From Okamejei kenojei (lineage: Eukaryota), in NCBI GenBank assembly GCA_035221665.1, contig CM069140.1:41974001-42038000 (forward strand): DNA of 64,000 bases, in the 5' to 3' direction. The notes under the pieces are model-generated. The model was not told the DNA's origin. It was given only the letters and a program-made list of their open reading frames with translations, and made no database searches. Position 1 is the first letter of the stretch. The number at the start of each line of letters is the position of its first letter. Position numbers and translations under genes: made by a program. Shown one piece after another: positions 62,125 to 64,000 of this stretch.

Positions 62125-62622
62125 AAAATAGACACAAAAAGCTGGAGTAATTCAGCGGGACAGGCAGCATCTCTGGAGAGAAGGAATGGGTGATGTTTCG
62201 GGTCGAGTCCCTTCTTCAGACTAAAAGTCATGGGAAAGGGAAACAAGAGATATAGATGATGATGTAGAGAGATATAGAACAAATGAATGAAAGATATGCA
62301 AGAAAGTTACTATAAAGGAAACAGGTCAGTGTCAGCTGTAGCGAGGTGAGAAGAGAAAGCTTGTGCGACTTGGGTGCAGGAGGGATGGAGAGAGGGGGAA
62401 TGCAAGGGTTACTTGAAGTTAGAGAAATTAATACTCATACCCCTGGGTTCTGAAGAAGGGTCTCGACCCAAAACATCACCCATTCCTTCTCTCCAGAGTT
62501 GCTGCCTGGCCCGCTGAGTTACTCCAGCTTTTTGTGTCCATCCCCTTGGTTGTGAGATGCCAAGCAAAATATAAGTTGCTGCTCCTCCAGTTTGCGTTAA
62601 GCCTCACTCTGACAATGGAGGA
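62125..62622 (-). mobile_element. Penelope-like element 3' part with a nested opposite-strand pLTR copy (62449-62541)
   Basis: Minus strand LHCQSEAxRKLEEQQL (GIY-YIG end) and pLTR CTGAAGAAGGGACTCGACCCGAAAC. A + strand TCTGAAGAAGGGTCTCGACCC copy is inserted internally. Confidence 0.85.
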
Positions 62623-63164
62623 ATGGTAGAATAATAAAACAAAATGACGGCAGCTAACTGTTTAGATCAGGTTTAACTAGACAGGCTGTTTTAGAAGTTT
62701 AGTGCTTTTGGGATGAAATTGGCAGAATGTCTATGTCTTCGCAGTAAAAAGCTGCCTTTCAAAACAGAACATATTTGCATTCCATTGACAAGTCTCTACT
62801 GTTATCTCAGATAAATGATATGTTATCCTGTCACACCTCAACTTCCGATTAGTCGGCAATCATGCTAAACTTTGGTTACAACATGATATTCCCTGCACGT
62901 CGGCAGTACAGCTGTTCCCTTCAGATACTGTTCATTCGTGTATTATATCAGGTCAACGTTAAGCAAGATACCTGATTGCGAGTAATACATTATGGTGTAA
63001 TGTCATTGATAGTGGCCAATTGTTTATATGGAGCAATAATGTATCTGAATGTGAACAAATGGCCAAATAATTAAAGCTTTTTTTTTACCTTTGTCAAATA
63101 ACTGTAATAAACTCCATGAATAAAGTCAAATAATAGTAGATTGTCCTTTGAAAGAAGAAGCCTT

Positions 63165-63236
63165 ATGTTTAGGGAGGAACTGCAGATGCTGGTTTAAATC
63201 GAAGACAGACACAAAATGCTGGAGTAACTCTGCAGG
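63165..63236 (-). mobile_element. PLE pLTR end fragment
   Basis: AGGAACTGCAGATGCTGGTTTAAATCGAAGACAGACACAAAATGCTGGAGTAACTC, as at 31028-31083. Confidence 0.8.
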
Positions 63237-63655
63237 CAGGGCCGACCTTAAGCCAATTGGACCGATTGCTCCCAATTGGGCCCCGCGCCTAAGGGTGCCC
63301 CGCGCTAATTTTCTGTATTTCATACGGAAATACGAATTCGCGTTGTTAAATACAGCTTTTTTTAAAAAACATTACCCTTGGCTTTTTATGGATTTTTTTT
63401 AAACGAACATCAAAATAAACCGCTGTACTGACCATCAGACAAAAATGATTTGTTAACTACCACTGTTAGCACTTGTTAACAGCCAATAGTTATACAATGT
63501 GTCACCAATGCATCGATCCACATTCTTCAGTAAATGTAATTGTGTTTTGACCAAGTATCAATGACGCTGTGTTCCTTTGAATAAAATTCAAAGGAACGCG
63601 GCACCATTAATACTTGGTCAAAACACAATTACATTTACTGAGGATGTGGATCGAT
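63237..63655. mobile_element. hAT-like non-autonomous element, left end, terminating in a 70-bp hairpin
   Basis: Starts CAGGGCCG with subterminal GGGCCCC/GCCCCGCGC repeats. No matching right TIR was seen in the window. Confidence 0.55.
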
Positions 63656-64000
63656 AGCCAAGAAAGATAGATCAAGAATGATGCAGCTGTACTGAGGGAT
63701 AGCCAAGTCTATCCCTCATTGCTAGCAGCTGATGGGACGCAGCTGTAAAGTGGGAAGTGGCTGCAAAAGGACAGCGCCACTGGGTGGGGGGAGAGTTCCT
63801 TTTACCTGTCTACTCATCTGGACGCCCTCAGCTGCGGCTGCGGATGGTTGAGGTCCCGGCCATGGGGGAAAAATGGAAAATGGAGGAGGACTGGCCAATT
63901 TTTGTGCTTTCCACCACAGTGATGAATGTGGTGGTGGATGTTTGTGTTAAATTTTTATTGTGTTTTTGTGTGTTCTTTTTTCATTGTAGCGCTGCTGGCA

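Overview
This window is AT-rich vertebrate genomic DNA with no recognisable host protein-coding gene. The repeat complement points to a cartilaginous fish, probably a skate or ray (inference from memory of these families): CR1/HER1-type LINEs with microsatellite tails, HE1-like tRNA/V-core SINEs, Penelope-like elements (PLEs), Rex1/Babar fragments and Deu-domain SINE remnants. It looks like a large intron or an intergenic region. All long ORFs are CR1 reverse-transcriptase C-termini or repeat artefacts. The most notable structure is a structurally complete ~1.83-kb non-autonomous Helitron (40083-41911, minus; A|TC...hairpin-CTAG|T). It carries three internal tandem arrays and a candidate TATA-Inr-exon-splice-donor cassette. 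Also notable: about ten PLE-derived, often head-to-head inverted elements bearing minimal hammerhead-ribozyme-like cores; several perfect inverted repeats, including a 30-bp TIR-TIR element with a 6-bp TSD; and local templated duplications. Boundaries of degenerate repeats are approximate (tens of bp). Family names were not checked against any database.
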